Origin: an uncultured Gammaproteobacteria bacterium
Lineage (GTDB): Bacteria > Pseudomonadota > Gammaproteobacteria > UBA9214
NCBI GenBank assembly: GCA_963748215.1
Contig: CAVVHS010000005.1
Coordinates: forward strand, 32,001 to 96,000
Direction of reading: 5' to 3'
Length of the DNA stretch: 64,000 nt
Shown piece by piece: positions 29,432 to 39,698 of the stretch. A program made the position numbers and the translations under genes. The number at the start of each line of letters is the position of its first letter. The stretch's first letter is position 1. The notes beneath the pieces were generated by a model. That model made no database searches. It saw only the letters and a list, made by a program, of their open reading frames with translations, and was not told the origin of the DNA.

Positions 29432-30805
29432 TCAATCGAGTTCGACCATCGCATCCAGCACCTGCGACAGTCTGCCCACCGCAGTCACCTCGATGTCAGC
29501 GGGTGGCTTGCGCGGCCGGTTCGCCGCCGGAATGATGGCGCGCGTGAAGCCGTGCTTGACCGCCTCGTGCAGGCGTTCCTGGCCATTCGGCACCGGGCGC
29601 AGCTCGCCGGACAGGCCCACTTCGCCGAACACGATCAGCTGTTCCGGCAACGGCCGGTTGCGGAAACTGGACATCACGGCCAGCAGCACGGCCAGGTCTG
29701 CGGCGGTTTCCGTGACGCGCACACCGCCGACCACGTTGACGAACACGTCCTGGTCGCCCAGCGCCAGGCCGCCGTGGCGGTGCAGCACCGCCAGCAGCAT
29801 GGACAGCCGGTTCTGTTCCAGGCCCAGCGTCACCCGCCGTGGATTGCCCAGCTGGCTCTGGTCGACCAGCGCCTGCACCTCCACCAGCAGCGGGCGCGTG
29901 CCCTCCCAGGTCACCATCACCACGCTGCCCGGCACGGGCTGTTCGTGGCGCGACAGGAAGATGGCCGAGGGATTGCTCACCTCCTTCAGTCCCTTCTCCG
30001 TCATGGCGAACACGCCCAGTTCGTTGACGGCGCCGAAGCGGTTCTTGATGGCGCGCAGGATGCGGTAACGATCACCCGGGTCACCCTCGAAGTACAGCAC
30101 GGTGTCGACCATGTGCTCGAGCACGCGCGGACCGGCCAGTGTGCCTTCCTTGGTGACGTGCCCGACCAGGAACATGGCGATGCCGCTCTGCTTGGCGAAG
30201 CGCACCAGCTGGGCGGCACTCTCGCGCACCTGCGCGACCGAGCCGGGCGCGGACTGCAGGGCCTCGGTATACAGCGTCTGGATGGAATCCAGCACCATCA
30301 CCTGCGGTCGCTCGCGTGCAGCAGTCGCGATGATGCGCTCCACCGAAGTTTCCGAGTAGAGGCGGATTGCTTGACCGTCGATGCCCAGCCGCCCGGCGCG
30401 CAGGGAAATCTGCTGCAGCGATTCCTCGCCGGTGACGTACAGCGACGACAGGTCGCCGGACAGCGCCGCCAGCACCTGCAGCAGCAGGGTCGACTTGCCG
30501 ATGCCCGGGTCACCGCCCAGCAGCACCACCGAACCGGCCACCAGGCCGCCGCCAAGCACGCGATCGAGTTCCGCGAGACCGACCGAGCTGCGCAGATGGG
30601 CATCGGGCGTGACGGACGCCAGCGGCGTCACCACGCCACCGCTGCCGCCGCTGTAGCCGGCATGGCGTGACGGCGCCGCCGTGGAAGGTGCCATGACACC
30701 TTCCAGCAGCGTGTTCCAGTTACCGCATTCGCCGCACTGGCCTGCCCATTGCGGATACTGGCTGCCGCAGACGCTGCAGGTATAGATTGTTTTCACCTTG
30801 GCCAT
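29432..30805 (-). CDS. radA: DNA repair protein RadA/Sms
   Basis: Zn finger CSVC..CGEC, GDPGIGKSTL, KNRFG motif. Confidence 0.97.
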   Translation of the reverse strand: MAKVKTIYTCSVCGSQYPQWAGQCGECGNWNTLLEGVMAPSTAAPSRHAGYSGGSGGVVTPLASVTPDAHLRSSVGLAELDRVLGGGLVAGSVVLLGGDPGIGKSTLLLQVLAALSGDLSSLYVTGEESLQQISLRAGRLGIDGQAIRLYSETSVERIIATAARERPQVMVLDSIQTLYTEALQSAPGSVAQVRESAAQLVRFAKQSGIAMFLVGHVTKEGTLAGPRVLEHMVDTVLYFEGDPGDRYRILRAIKNRFGAVNELGVFAMTEKGLKEVSNPSAIFLSRHEQPVPGSVVMVTWEGTRPLLVEVQALVDQSQLGNPRRVTLGLEQNRLSMLLAVLHRHGGLALGDQDVFVNVVGGVRVTETAADLAVLLAVMSSFRNRPLPEQLIVFGEVGLSGELRPVPNGQERLHEAVKHGFTRAIIPAANRPRKPPADIEVTAVGRLSQVLDAMVELD

Positions 30806-31030
30806 CGTCGGCAGTAGAGTACCCGGAACGCCGTACGACGTCATCTCCGTCCGCCGCATGCTTCGGAGTGGACTTTACCGGCGCGCGCGGGTTATAAGCG
30901 CTTGAACCCGCCATGCATCTGCCGGCCTGCACAGCACCGGTTTCATGCCCTGCGACTTCAACCCGATGTGAGGAAACGCTTCATGCACTGCCATTCGACT
31001 GACCGTCCCCTGGACGACCTCCGTACCTGC

Positions 31031-32710
31031 ATGCGCCGCGCCTGCCGCCGACTGGTCCTGATGCTGGCACTCGGCCTGCCGCTCCTGGCGCCGCCGGGTA
31101 CGGCGACCGCGGCAGACGAGCCGGCACCGGCCGTCGACACCCAGGTCAGTGAAACCATCAATACCCTGAACTCGCTGCTCGACCTGGAGCGCCAGCTGCG
31201 GGATGACATCGAAAAACTGAATACTCGCCTGGAGGCGACCCAGGGAACTGCGGAAAAGAAAGAGATCCAGGCACAGCTCGACAAGCTGGACAAGGACCTG
31301 CAGACCACGACGAAGAACCTCAAGGAGATCGCCTCCGGTGCAGACATCACCAGCCTGCGCGCCACCGAGGAGACCAAGTTCGACTTCCAGGCCGAATTGT
31401 TTTCGCTGCTGCGTCCGGCGATGAAGGAAATGAAGGAGATGACCGTCCATGTCCGGCAGAAATCCGATCTCAAGGACAAGATCGCCTACTACAGCGCCAA
31501 GCTGCCGGTCACGGAACGCGCGGTCGCCAACATCACCCGCCTGCTGCAGGCCACCGACGACGCGGCGCTGGAGAAGAACCTGCAGGGCATGCTGGCGGAC
31601 TGGAACAAGCAGCTGACCTTCATGCAGAGCGAATTGCAGTCGGCCGAGCTGCAGCTGGAAAAGCTGGAGCGTTCGGAGGCGACGCTGGCCGAGGCCTCGC
31701 AAAGTTACCTGAAGACATTTTTCCAGGCACGCGGCCTGTACCTGATCGAGGCACTGCTGGTCATCGTCGGCGTCCTGCTGGTGTCGCGGCTGTCCTACGC
31801 TGCCATGGTGCGGCTGATTCCCGGCTACCGGGCCGAGCATCGCAGCTTCCGCCTGCGGCTGCTGGATCTGCTGCATCGCCTGGCCACCACGGTGCTGGTC
31901 ATCATCGGCCCGATGGTGGTGTTCTACCTGGTCGAGGACTGGGTGCTGTTCAGTCTCGGTATCCTGCTGCTCATCGGGCTCGGCCTGACCCTGCGCCATG
32001 CCCTGCCGCGCTACTGGCAGCAGATACAACTGTTTCTCAACATTGGTTCGGTACGCGAGGGGGAGCGCATCGATCTCGACGGCCTGCCCTGGCGGGTCCG
32101 GCAGATCAACATCTTCAGCATCCTGGAAAACCCGACTGCCGGGATCAGCCAGCGCGTGCGCATCGACAGCCTGGTGGACCTGAAATCGCGGCCGCACCAC
32201 AAGAATGACCCGTGGTTTCCGTGTGAGCGCGGTGACTGGGTGCTGCTGAGCGACGAGATGCGCGGCAAGGTCGTGGGCATAACCCAGGAACTGGTCGAGC
32301 TGGTGGCGCGTGGTGGCGCGCACCGCACCTACCAGACTGGCGATTTCCTGTCGCTGTCACCACTCAACCTGTCGCGCAATTTCCGCCTCAAGGAAACGAT
32401 CGGCATCAGCTACAAACTGCAAAAGGACAGCGTGACCACCATACCGGCACTGCTCAGGGCCTTCGTGGCACAACGCATAGAGGAATCGGAATACGCCGGT
32501 CAGCTGCTCAATCTGCGTGTCGAGTTCCAGCAGGCCAACACCTCGTCGCTGGACCTGGTGGTGATCGCCGATTTCGACGGTGCGCTGGCCGATCTGTACA
32601 ACCGCCTGCGCCGCACGCTACAGGGCTGGTGTGTCGAGGCCTGCACGACCCACAACTGGGAGATACCGTTCACCCAGCTGACACTGCACCAGGCCGAGGC
32701 CGGCGACTGA
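31031..32710 (+). CDS. MscS-like membrane protein with large periplasmic coiled-coil N-terminus
   Basis: Signal peptide, helical domain, TM cluster, GSVREGERI, C-terminal WEIPFTQLTLH; start uncertain (30983/31031). Confidence 0.75.
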   Translation: MRRACRRLVLMLALGLPLLAPPGTATAADEPAPAVDTQVSETINTLNSLLDLERQLRDDIEKLNTRLEATQGTAEKKEIQAQLDKLDKDLQTTTKNLKEIASGADITSLRATEETKFDFQAELFSLLRPAMKEMKEMTVHVRQKSDLKDKIAYYSAKLPVTERAVANITRLLQATDDAALEKNLQGMLADWNKQLTFMQSELQSAELQLEKLERSEATLAEASQSYLKTFFQARGLYLIEALLVIVGVLLVSRLSYAAMVRLIPGYRAEHRSFRLRLLDLLHRLATTVLVIIGPMVVFYLVEDWVLFSLGILLLIGLGLTLRHALPRYWQQIQLFLNIGSVREGERIDLDGLPWRVRQINIFSILENPTAGISQRVRIDSLVDLKSRPHHKNDPWFPCERGDWVLLSDEMRGKVVGITQELVELVARGGAHRTYQTGDFLSLSPLNLSRNFRLKETIGISYKLQKDSVTTIPALLRAFVAQRIEESEYAGQLLNLRVEFQQANTSSLDLVVIADFDGALADLYNRLRRTLQGWCVEACTTHNWEIPFTQLTLHQAEAGD

Positions 32711-32726
32711 GAGTTTTATCGCCGAT

Positions 32727-32879
32727 AAGATCGCGCTTGCGAAGCGCTCCTACCCCAATAGATGCACCTGTAGGAGCGGACCGCGTCCGCGATCTTTTTC
32801 GCACCGGGAAAAGATCGCGCTTGCGAAGCACTCCTACCCCAATAGACGCAGCTGTCGGAGCGGACCGCGTCCGCGAGCT
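32727..32879. repeat. REP/BIME-like array: two 84-bp units of inverted GTAGGAGCG REPs
   Basis: aagatcgcgcttgcgaagcgctcctac...gtaggagcggaccgcgtccgcgatct repeated twice; same family at 49998-50087 and 62676-62792. Confidence 0.85.
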
Positions 32880-32939
32880 ATACCGGGTGTGAAAAACACC
32901 GGGGGATCCCTCCCCCGGCAATCCACGCCTGACTGCCGG

Positions 32940-33206
32940 TCAAACCGGACCAATCAGTACGGCATGCACATTCTTCGATTTCACCCGGCCCAGCACTTCC
33001 TGCGAGTTCATGCACTCGCGGTCGTACTGCACCAGCATCAGGTGGTAACGCAGCGGGCAGAACTCTGCCGATTCGATCCCATCGGATGATTCCAGAAAAC
33101 TCACCAGCTCCTGCCGCTGCCACTGATCGAGTGATTCATCCACGTGCACGATTATCTCGACATTACTGCCCGGCATGGGAAAAATGCTTGTTGCTGCTTC
33201 AGACAT
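32940..33206 (-). CDS. Small HMA/ferredoxin-fold-like protein, paralog B
   Basis: VEIIVHVDESL...AEFCPLRYHLMLVQYDR...AVLIGPV; G-rich RBS. Confidence 0.82.
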   Translation of the reverse strand: MSEAATSIFPMPGSNVEIIVHVDESLDQWQRQELVSFLESSDGIESAEFCPLRYHLMLVQYDRECMNSQEVLGRVKSKNVHAVLIGPV

Positions 33207-33626
33207 AGTTCACCCCCCTCTTGTTGCGTTCGTCCATTCACCCTTTCTTGTAGATTGTCTGCCAGGTAAGAACAGGACACAGCCGGTACGGCTGTTATCC
33301 ATCAGGTCGCCGGTACCGCTGGCGCGTGATAAGCGGGCTGCGAAACGGTACTGGCACGTTCTGAAAGAATTGCATGACTCCCTCCGGTCACTGTCAAACC
33401 AAGCACGTCAAAATGTCGTCACAACACGTACGTTATGCACGCTGCAATGACCCGAGAAAATGCAATGCTCACGCATTAACACTTACCGTAGACGCTGCGG
33501 GTGCACTGTCAAGGTAGAAAAAGGTACTAGCTCGCTCGAGCGAATCCATCCCTGGACGCGTCGTGATGATGACAGGGCAAGGTTTTCCCTGCCTGTGGGG
33601 ATCGCTCAGGCCACTGCTGCGACCTG

Positions 33627-34700
33627 TCAGCGGTAGTGATATCGCACGCGGCTGCTGACGCCGCTGAGCATTTCGTAGGCAATGGTACCGGCTGCGCGGG
33701 CGATGTCGTCGACCGGCAGGCCGTCGCCCCACACAATGACTTCATCACCGATACTCGCCCGGGGGCAGTTGCGCAGATCGATGCAGATCATATCCATGGA
33801 AACGCGACCAGCCAGCGCCGCGCGCTGCCCGTTCACCAGCACCGGAGTCCCCGGTGGCGTGTGGCGCGGATAACCGTCGCCGTAACCGATCGCCGCCACA
33901 CCGATCTGCATGTCCTCCGGGCAGGACCAGTCGCCGCCGTAACCCACCGCATCGCCCTTGCGCCGCTCGGCAACCGCGATCAATGCACTGGACAGGGACA
34001 TGGCCGGCCTGAGGTCGAGCTGTGCAGCGGATTTTTCCGCGATCGGCGAGGATCCGTACAGCATGATGCCGGGGCGCACCCAGTCGGCATGCGCGGCCGG
34101 CCAGGCCAGCACGGCTGCCGAATTGGCCAGCGTTCGCTCGCCGTCCCGCGTGCCCAGTGTCGCCTGGAAGGTTGCGATCTGGCGTGCCGTGTAGTCCGCG
34201 TCCGTTTCGTCGGCACGAGCGAAGTGGGTCATGTAACGCACCGTACCGATGTGCCGCAATACCCGCAGGCGCGCCAGCGCCGCGTCGACCCCCGCCGGCG
34301 CGAAACCCAGCCGGTGCATGCCGGTGTCGATCTTGAGCCAGACATCGACGGACCGGGTAAGCCGCCCCTGCTCGAGCAGGTCCAGCTGAAAATCGTTGTG
34401 TATGACCAGGTCCAGCCGGTAACCGCATACCAGCGCGATGTCAGCGGCCGTGAACAGTCCCTCCAGCAGCACGATGCGCTGCTCGCAGCCGGCCTCGCGC
34501 AGGCTGACGGCCTCGTCCAGCCCGACGACGCCGAAGGCATCGGCCGCATTGAGTGCCTGCGCGACCTGCACCAGACCGTGACCGTACGCGTTGGCCTTGA
34601 TGACGGCGATGATGCGGCTGCCGGGTGCCATCTGGCGTACCCGGTTGAGATTATGCTGCAGCGCACCGAGCTCGATGTGCGCGCACGCGGGACGCGCCAT
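33627..34700 (-). CDS. alr: Alanine racemase
   Basis: AVIKANAYGHG, KIDTGMHRLG, VRPGIMLYG, GYGDGY, GRVSMDM. Confidence 0.97.
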   Translation of the reverse strand: MARPACAHIELGALQHNLNRVRQMAPGSRIIAVIKANAYGHGLVQVAQALNAADAFGVVGLDEAVSLREAGCEQRIVLLEGLFTAADIALVCGYRLDLVIHNDFQLDLLEQGRLTRSVDVWLKIDTGMHRLGFAPAGVDAALARLRVLRHIGTVRYMTHFARADETDADYTARQIATFQATLGTRDGERTLANSAAVLAWPAAHADWVRPGIMLYGSSPIAEKSAAQLDLRPAMSLSSALIAVAERRKGDAVGYGGDWSCPEDMQIGVAAIGYGDGYPRHTPPGTPVLVNGQRAALAGRVSMDMICIDLRNCPRASIGDEVIVWGDGLPVDDIARAAGTIAYEMLSGVSSRVRYHYR

Positions 34701-34702
34701 GC

Positions 34703-36097
34703 CTATTCGTTACCCGAGTAATAGGCGTCGCGCGCGTGGTTCTCGAAGCGCGTGTACTGGCCGCGGAAGGTCAGCATGCACTTGCCGATCGGGCCGTTAC
34801 GCTGTTTGCCGATGATGATCTCGGCCAGCCCCTTGTGCGGACTGTCCTCGTGGTAGACCTCGTCGCGGTAGATGAACATGATGACGTCGGCATCCTGCTC
34901 GATGGCGCCGGACTCGCGCAGGTCGGACATTACCGGGCGGCGGTCGGTACGCTGTTCCAGGCTGCGGTTGAGCTGTGACAGCGCGATCACCGGCACACTG
35001 AGTTCCTTCGCCAGCGCCTTGAGATTGCGCGAGATTTCGGAGATCTCGGTGGCGCGGTTTTCGCGATTATTGGTCCCCTGCATGAGCTGCAGGTAATCGA
35101 TCACGATCAGCCCGAGGTTGTGCTCGCGCTTGAGCCGGCGCGCGCGGGCGCGCAGTTCGATCGGCGACAGCGCCGGCGTGTCGTCGATGAAGATCGGCGC
35201 CGAATCCAGCAGGCTGACCGCCGAGGTCAGGCGTGGCCAGTCGTCATCGTCAAGATTGCCGGTACGGATCTTGTGCTGATCGATACGTCCGAGCGAAGAC
35301 ATCATGCGCAGCGCGAGGTGCTCACCGGGCATTTCCATACTGAAGATGCCTACCGGGACCTGGTTCTTGATGGCCGCATTCTCGGCGAAGTTCACCGCCA
35401 GCGTGGTCTTGCCCATGGAGGGACGACCGGCGACGATGATCAGGTCGGAAGGCTGCAGGCCGGCAGTCATGTTATCGAGATCGGTGAATCCGGTGGAGAC
35501 ACCGGTGATGTGGTCTTCCTGCTGCGACAGCATGTCGATGCGGTCCACGGCGGTCGCCAGCAGGGTGCGGATATTCGTGAAACCACGCTTGCCGCGCTTG
35601 CCCTGCTCGGCAATCTCGAACACCAGCTTCTCTGCATTGTCCAGCAGCGCGCCTGAATCACGCCCTTCCGGCACGAAACCGCTGTTGGCGATGCGGTTGC
35701 CCACCTCGATGAGCTGCCGCATCACGGAATTCTCGCGCACGATATCGGCGTAGGCCTTGATGTTCGCCGCACTCGGTGTGTTTTGCGCGAGCTTGCCAAG
35801 TGCCGTCAGTCCGCCGACATCGTCCAGCAGGCTGTTCTGGTCCAGCCACTCGGACAGGGTGACGGCGTCCAGCGGGTTGTTCTTTTCCGCCAGCTGCGCG
35901 ATGGCGCGAAAGATCAGGCGATGATCACGGCGGTAGAAATCCTCTTCGCTGACACAATCCGCCACGGTATCCCAGGCGGTATTGTCCAGCATCAGGCCGC
36001 CGAGCACGGCCTGTTCCGCCTGCAGGGAATGCGGCGGCACCTTGAGCATGCTGGTGTCAGTATGAATTACGTCTGCGGAACGAAGAGTTTCTGCCAT
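34703..36097 (-). CDS. dnaB: Replicative DNA helicase
   Basis: PPHSLQAEQ, AGRPSMGKT, IDYLQLM, DLRESGAIEQDAD, KQRNGP. Confidence 0.98.
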   Translation of the reverse strand: MAETLRSADVIHTDTSMLKVPPHSLQAEQAVLGGLMLDNTAWDTVADCVSEEDFYRRDHRLIFRAIAQLAEKNNPLDAVTLSEWLDQNSLLDDVGGLTALGKLAQNTPSAANIKAYADIVRENSVMRQLIEVGNRIANSGFVPEGRDSGALLDNAEKLVFEIAEQGKRGKRGFTNIRTLLATAVDRIDMLSQQEDHITGVSTGFTDLDNMTAGLQPSDLIIVAGRPSMGKTTLAVNFAENAAIKNQVPVGIFSMEMPGEHLALRMMSSLGRIDQHKIRTGNLDDDDWPRLTSAVSLLDSAPIFIDDTPALSPIELRARARRLKREHNLGLIVIDYLQLMQGTNNRENRATEISEISRNLKALAKELSVPVIALSQLNRSLEQRTDRRPVMSDLRESGAIEQDADVIMFIYRDEVYHEDSPHKGLAEIIIGKQRNGPIGKCMLTFRGQYTRFENHARDAYYSGNE

Positions 36098-36222
36098 GTC
36101 GCTTTAGTTATGGATGTGAGTAGCGTTGAAGATGAGGCAGTATAGATATCACAAACACATCATGAAGACACCATTGCGTTGCATCTGCAATTATGCCTCG
36201 TGAAGGCCTGCGCGCCGGAAAC

Positions 36223-36249
36223 AACACAGGCGCCCGCGGGCGCCTGTGT
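36223..36249. terminator. Hairpin after rplI, probable terminator
   Basis: acacaggcgccc/gggcgcctgtgt inverted repeat. Confidence 0.55.
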
Positions 36250-36300
36250 GCTAACTGTTCAGTTACAGGATGTTACGACTTGCGGTAACTGTGCTGTTTA

Positions 36301-36747
36301 TTATTCCGGTGTAATGGTCAGTTTTATTGTTGCATTGACATCCGAATGCAGGTGTAGCTGCACATCGTATTCACCGACCTGGCGGAACACGCCGTTCGGC
36401 AGGCGCACTTCGTGACGCTCGAGCTCGACCCCCTGCGCCGTGATGGCATCGGCGATGTCCGCCGTGCCGACCGAACCGAACAGCTTGCCTTCATCGCCGG
36501 CATTTGCGGCGATGGTGATGCTCATGCCGTCCAGCCGCTCGCGGCGTGCCTCGGCGCCGGCCAGCGACGCGGAGGCGGCCTGTTCCAGCTCCGCACGAAT
36601 GGCTTCGAAGGCGGCGATATTTTCCGGCGTCGCCGGCTTGGCCTTGCCCTTGGGCACCAGGTAGTTTCTGCCATAGCCCGGCCGCACCTTGACCTTGTCG
36701 CCCATGGCGCCGAGATTCTCGATCTTTTCAAGCAGAATGATTTCCAT
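36301..36747 (-). CDS. rplI: 50S ribosomal protein L9
   Basis: [19 protein letters not shown]. Confidence 0.97.
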   Translation of the reverse strand: MEIILLEKIENLGAMGDKVKVRPGYGRNYLVPKGKAKPATPENIAAFEAIRAELEQAASASLAGAEARRERLDGMSITIAANAGDEGKLFGSVGTADIADAITAQGVELERHEVRLPNGVFRQVGEYDVQLHLHSDVNATIKLTITPE

Positions 36748-36773
36748 GTTCACAACCTCTGAAAGTAGTTTCG

Positions 36774-37709
36774 TTAATTCCCGCCGCTTCCGCCGCGCTG
36801 GAAGCGGCGACGGAAGTCCAGCCAGGTGTCCAGCAACCCGCCGCCGGCCAGCAACAGACTCGCCTGCGGCAGCAACGCCAGCGCCAGGTACACGGCGACC
36901 AGCCAGCCTGTACCCCGTCCGGCCTGTTTGACCAGGCTGTGTATCACCGCCAGCCCGGTCAGCAGGTAGGGCACCAGCATCACCATGGCCAGCTGCGCGG
37001 CCAGGTCACCCGCCGCATCCGGCACGAAGCGCGCCAGCAACATCATGGCCACTGTCAGCAGCCCGGAGAGGTTTCCCAGCCGCAAGCTGCAGAATTCCTC
37101 GCGGAATGCGCCCGGGTGCACCAGCAATGACTGCCACCAGCGCGCCAGTAACAGGCTGCCGACGATACCGGTGATCAGTGATGCCACGATCACGCCGGTC
37201 ATCAGGGCGGCAATCTGTCCGACCAGCTCGCTGTCGCCGAGCGACTGCACCTTGATGCCGGCCTCGCCCAGTGTCGTCTCGAATTCCTGCAGCCGGACCA
37301 CCCACCAGGGCGCCGGGTCGCCGAAGTAGCCGTACACCGCCAGCATCAGGCAGCCGCCGAACAGCACGGACGCGAGCAGCGCCTGTGACAGCGACCGCGT
37401 CTGCCGCAGCACCAGCGCCAGCATCCAGCACGGCAGCCACAGCAGCAATACCAGCAGCAGGTTCAGCACCACGACCGCGTGCAGGCCGATCAGCTGGTAG
37501 AACAGCAGTGTCGCGGCACTCGCCAGCACCAGCACCTGCAGACCGGGCAGTATGCCGATATGCAAGGTCACCAGCGCAACGGCTGCCGCCGCCAGGTAAC
37601 TCAGTACCGTGGTGAACGGCACCATCAGGTACGTCAATGCACCTGCGGCCGCGGTCACCAGCACGGCCTGCCAGCGCCCTCTGACGATGAGTTCAGCCAG
37701 ACCCTTCAT
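36774..37709 (-). CDS. DUF2232-like membrane protein
   Basis: Highly hydrophobic; [26 protein letters not shown]; usual position between rpsR and rplI. Confidence 0.88.
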   Translation of the reverse strand: MKGLAELIVRGRWQAVLVTAAAGALTYLMVPFTTVLSYLAAAAVALVTLHIGILPGLQVLVLASAATLLFYQLIGLHAVVVLNLLLVLLLWLPCWMLALVLRQTRSLSQALLASVLFGGCLMLAVYGYFGDPAPWWVVRLQEFETTLGEAGIKVQSLGDSELVGQIAALMTGVIVASLITGIVGSLLLARWWQSLLVHPGAFREEFCSLRLGNLSGLLTVAMMLLARFVPDAAGDLAAQLAMVMLVPYLLTGLAVIHSLVKQAGRGTGWLVAVYLALALLPQASLLLAGGGLLDTWLDFRRRFQRGGSGGN

Positions 37710-37758
37710 GTTAACGGATTACCGGTCTGCAACCCCGGCACCCTGCACGATTCCCGTG

Positions 37759-37983
37759 CTAGTGCGCATCCGTATACGGCAGCAGGGACAGGAAGCGCGC
37801 GCGCTTGATCGCTGTGGACAGCTGGCGCTGGTACCTGGCCTTGGTGCCGGTAATGCGGCTGGGCACAATCTTGCCGGTCTCGCTGACGTACTGCTTCAGT
37901 ACGGCAAGGTCCTTGTAATCGATTTCCTTGGTTTCCTCCGCGGTGAAGCGGCAGAACTTGCGGCGACGGTAGAAACGGGCCAT
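37759..37983 (-). CDS. rpsR: 30S ribosomal protein S18
   Basis: [37 protein letters not shown]. Confidence 0.98.
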   Translation of the reverse strand: MARFYRRRKFCRFTAEETKEIDYKDLAVLKQYVSETGKIVPSRITGTKARYQRQLSTAIKRARFLSLLPYTDAH

Positions 37984-38018
37984 GGTGATTCCTCTTCAGA
38001 TTCGGTAACGGTGCGTTT

Positions 38019-38474
38019 TCAGGATGCGTCGGCTTCGGCGGTTTTGGCGCTTTCGGCGGCTTCGTCGGTTTCGGCAGCGCTATCGTCGTCGGACGCTGCC
38101 TTGACATCACCAGCGGCACGGTCTTCATCACGCGGTTCCCGCTCGCGCTTCTCTTCCGGCCTCTTGATCAGCAGGGACGGCTCTGTCACCGCCGCCTTGC
38201 GGCTGATCACGAGGTTGCGGATAACGGCATCGTTGAAACGGAAGGAACTGTTCAGTTCTTCCAGCACGGGCGTGCTGCACTCGATGTTCATCAGCACGTA
38301 ATGCGCCTTGTGCAGTTTCTGTATCGGGTAGGCCAGCTGGCGACGGCCCCAGTCTTCCAGGCGGTGTATCTTGCCGCCGTCACTCTCGATCGTCGCGCGG
38401 TAACGCTCGATCATGCCAGGCACCTGTTCACTCTGGTCAGGGTGGACCAGAAACACGACTTCATAATGTCTCAT
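38019..38474 (-). CDS. rpsF: 30S ribosomal protein S6
   Basis: [30 protein letters not shown]. Confidence 0.98.
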   Translation of the reverse strand: MRHYEVVFLVHPDQSEQVPGMIERYRATIESDGGKIHRLEDWGRRQLAYPIQKLHKAHYVLMNIECSTPVLEELNSSFRFNDAVIRNLVISRKAAVTEPSLLIKRPEEKREREPRDEDRAAGDVKAASDDDSAAETDEAAESAKTAEADAS

Positions 38475-38569
38475 CTCAAAGACCCCTTGTGGATTGGCAG
38501 CCTGCAGTCGCTGCTGCAGGCAAGGAGTTGGTTTTTCAGCTGATAATCAGCCGCTTGTAAAGAGCGCGC

Positions 38570-38598
38570 ATTTTAGGGTAAGCCACCGGGCATGTAAA
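38570..38598 (-). promoter_or_regulatory. sigma70 promoter of rpsF operon
   Basis: Minus strand TTTACA-N17-TAAAAT followed by GCGCGC discriminator. Confidence 0.65.
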
Positions 38599-38645
38599 GC
38601 CCGCGTCCCGCCAGCCTGATGCATCGGTGAAACTCCGGTCTCATT

Positions 38646-38852
38646 CGTCATGCCGGTGCACGACTGCATGGAGGAGGTGAGACCGGGAACCGGTCGAGAG
38701 GCTGGCCTGGGCCATGCAAGAAGGTACGAGTCCATGGACGGACTCGGTAGAGCGAAGCAGGAAGCCAGAGCCGAGAGCGACGCAGGAAGCCAAAGCCGAG
38801 GCCGGCATCCAGGCGTCGGATGGAATGGATTCCGGCTTACGCCGGAATGACG
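38646..38852 (+). repeat. Nested composite repeat rich in GGA-loop hairpins
   Basis: Outer GTCATGCCGG...GCCGGCATCCA...TGGATTCCGG..CCGGAATGAC element with inserted modules; gagtcc-atggac-ggactc at 38728-38745, gcaggaagc at 38757 and 38782. Confidence 0.7.
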
Positions 38853-38920
38853 GAAAATCAAAGATCAGAGCATCCTGAAAGTCCGCAGTCCTCCCGAAAA
38901 ATTCCCCAAATATATCTGTT

Positions 38921-39682
38921 TTATATATTGTTTTTTATACCACCTCGCCGCTGGCGCACGGCCTCGAACAGCAGCACCCCCGCCGCCACCGATACATTCA
39001 GGCTCGACACCGTACCGGCCATGGGGATGCCCAGCTCGAAATCGCACAGTTCCCGGGTCAGCCGGCGCAGGCCACTGCCCTCGCTGCCCAGCACCAGCGC
39101 CAGCGGCCCGGTCAGGTCGGCGTCGTAGACCTGCTGTGGTGCGCTGTCGCTGGCGCCGTACAGCCAGATGCCCGCCTCGCGCAGTACGCGCAGGCTGCGC
39201 GCCAGGTTGGTAACGGTGAAGATCGGCATGGACTGCACGGCACCGCAGGCGACCTTGTGCACCACCGGCGTGATACCCGCGGCACGGTCTTTCGGCAGGA
39301 TCACCGCCTGCACGCCGGCGGCGTCCGCGCTGCGCAGGCAGGCGCCCAGGTTATGCGGGTCCTGCACCCCGTCCAGCACCAGCAGGAAGGCCGGCGCAGT
39401 CAGCGCGGCCAGAAAATCCGGCAGCGCCTTTTCGTCCATCACGCAACTGCCGCCCTGCACCGTGGCGACCACGCCCTGGTGGTTGCGCCCCGGCAGCCGG
39501 CGGTCGAGCGCCTGGCGCGTCACGCGTTCGACCGGAATACCGGCCTCCGTCACGCGCGCCAGCAGCTCCGCGCAACGCCGCTCGGCGCTATCGGCTACCG
39601 CCAGCGCACTTACCGCGGCCGGGCGCGCGGCCAGCAAGGCTGCCACGGCATGCGCCCCGTATACGTACTCCGGCGTAGTCAC
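38921..39682 (-). CDS. rlmB: 23S rRNA G2251 2'-O-methyltransferase
   Basis: HQGVVA, LDGVQDPHNLGACLRS, GSEGSG, SSLNVSVA; GTG start. Confidence 0.96.
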   Translation of the reverse strand: MTTPEYVYGAHAVAALLAARPAAVSALAVADSAERRCAELLARVTEAGIPVERVTRQALDRRLPGRNHQGVVATVQGGSCVMDEKALPDFLAALTAPAFLLVLDGVQDPHNLGACLRSADAAGVQAVILPKDRAAGITPVVHKVACGAVQSMPIFTVTNLARSLRVLREAGIWLYGASDSAPQQVYDADLTGPLALVLGSEGSGLRRLTRELCDFELGIPMAGTVSSLNVSVAAGVLLFEAVRQRRGGIKNNI

Positions 39683-39698
39683 GGCGAATCGGGCTGAC

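Noticed and set aside
32727-32879. Possible CRISPR array
   Set aside because: Alternating inverted REPs with near-identical spacers, only two units, no cas genes
33351-33374. Second sigma54 promoter (tggcacgttctgaaag)
   Set aside because: No GC at the -12 position with correct spacing
34703-36097. Intein in DnaB
   Set aside because: Length (464 aa) and contiguous motifs leave no room for an insertion
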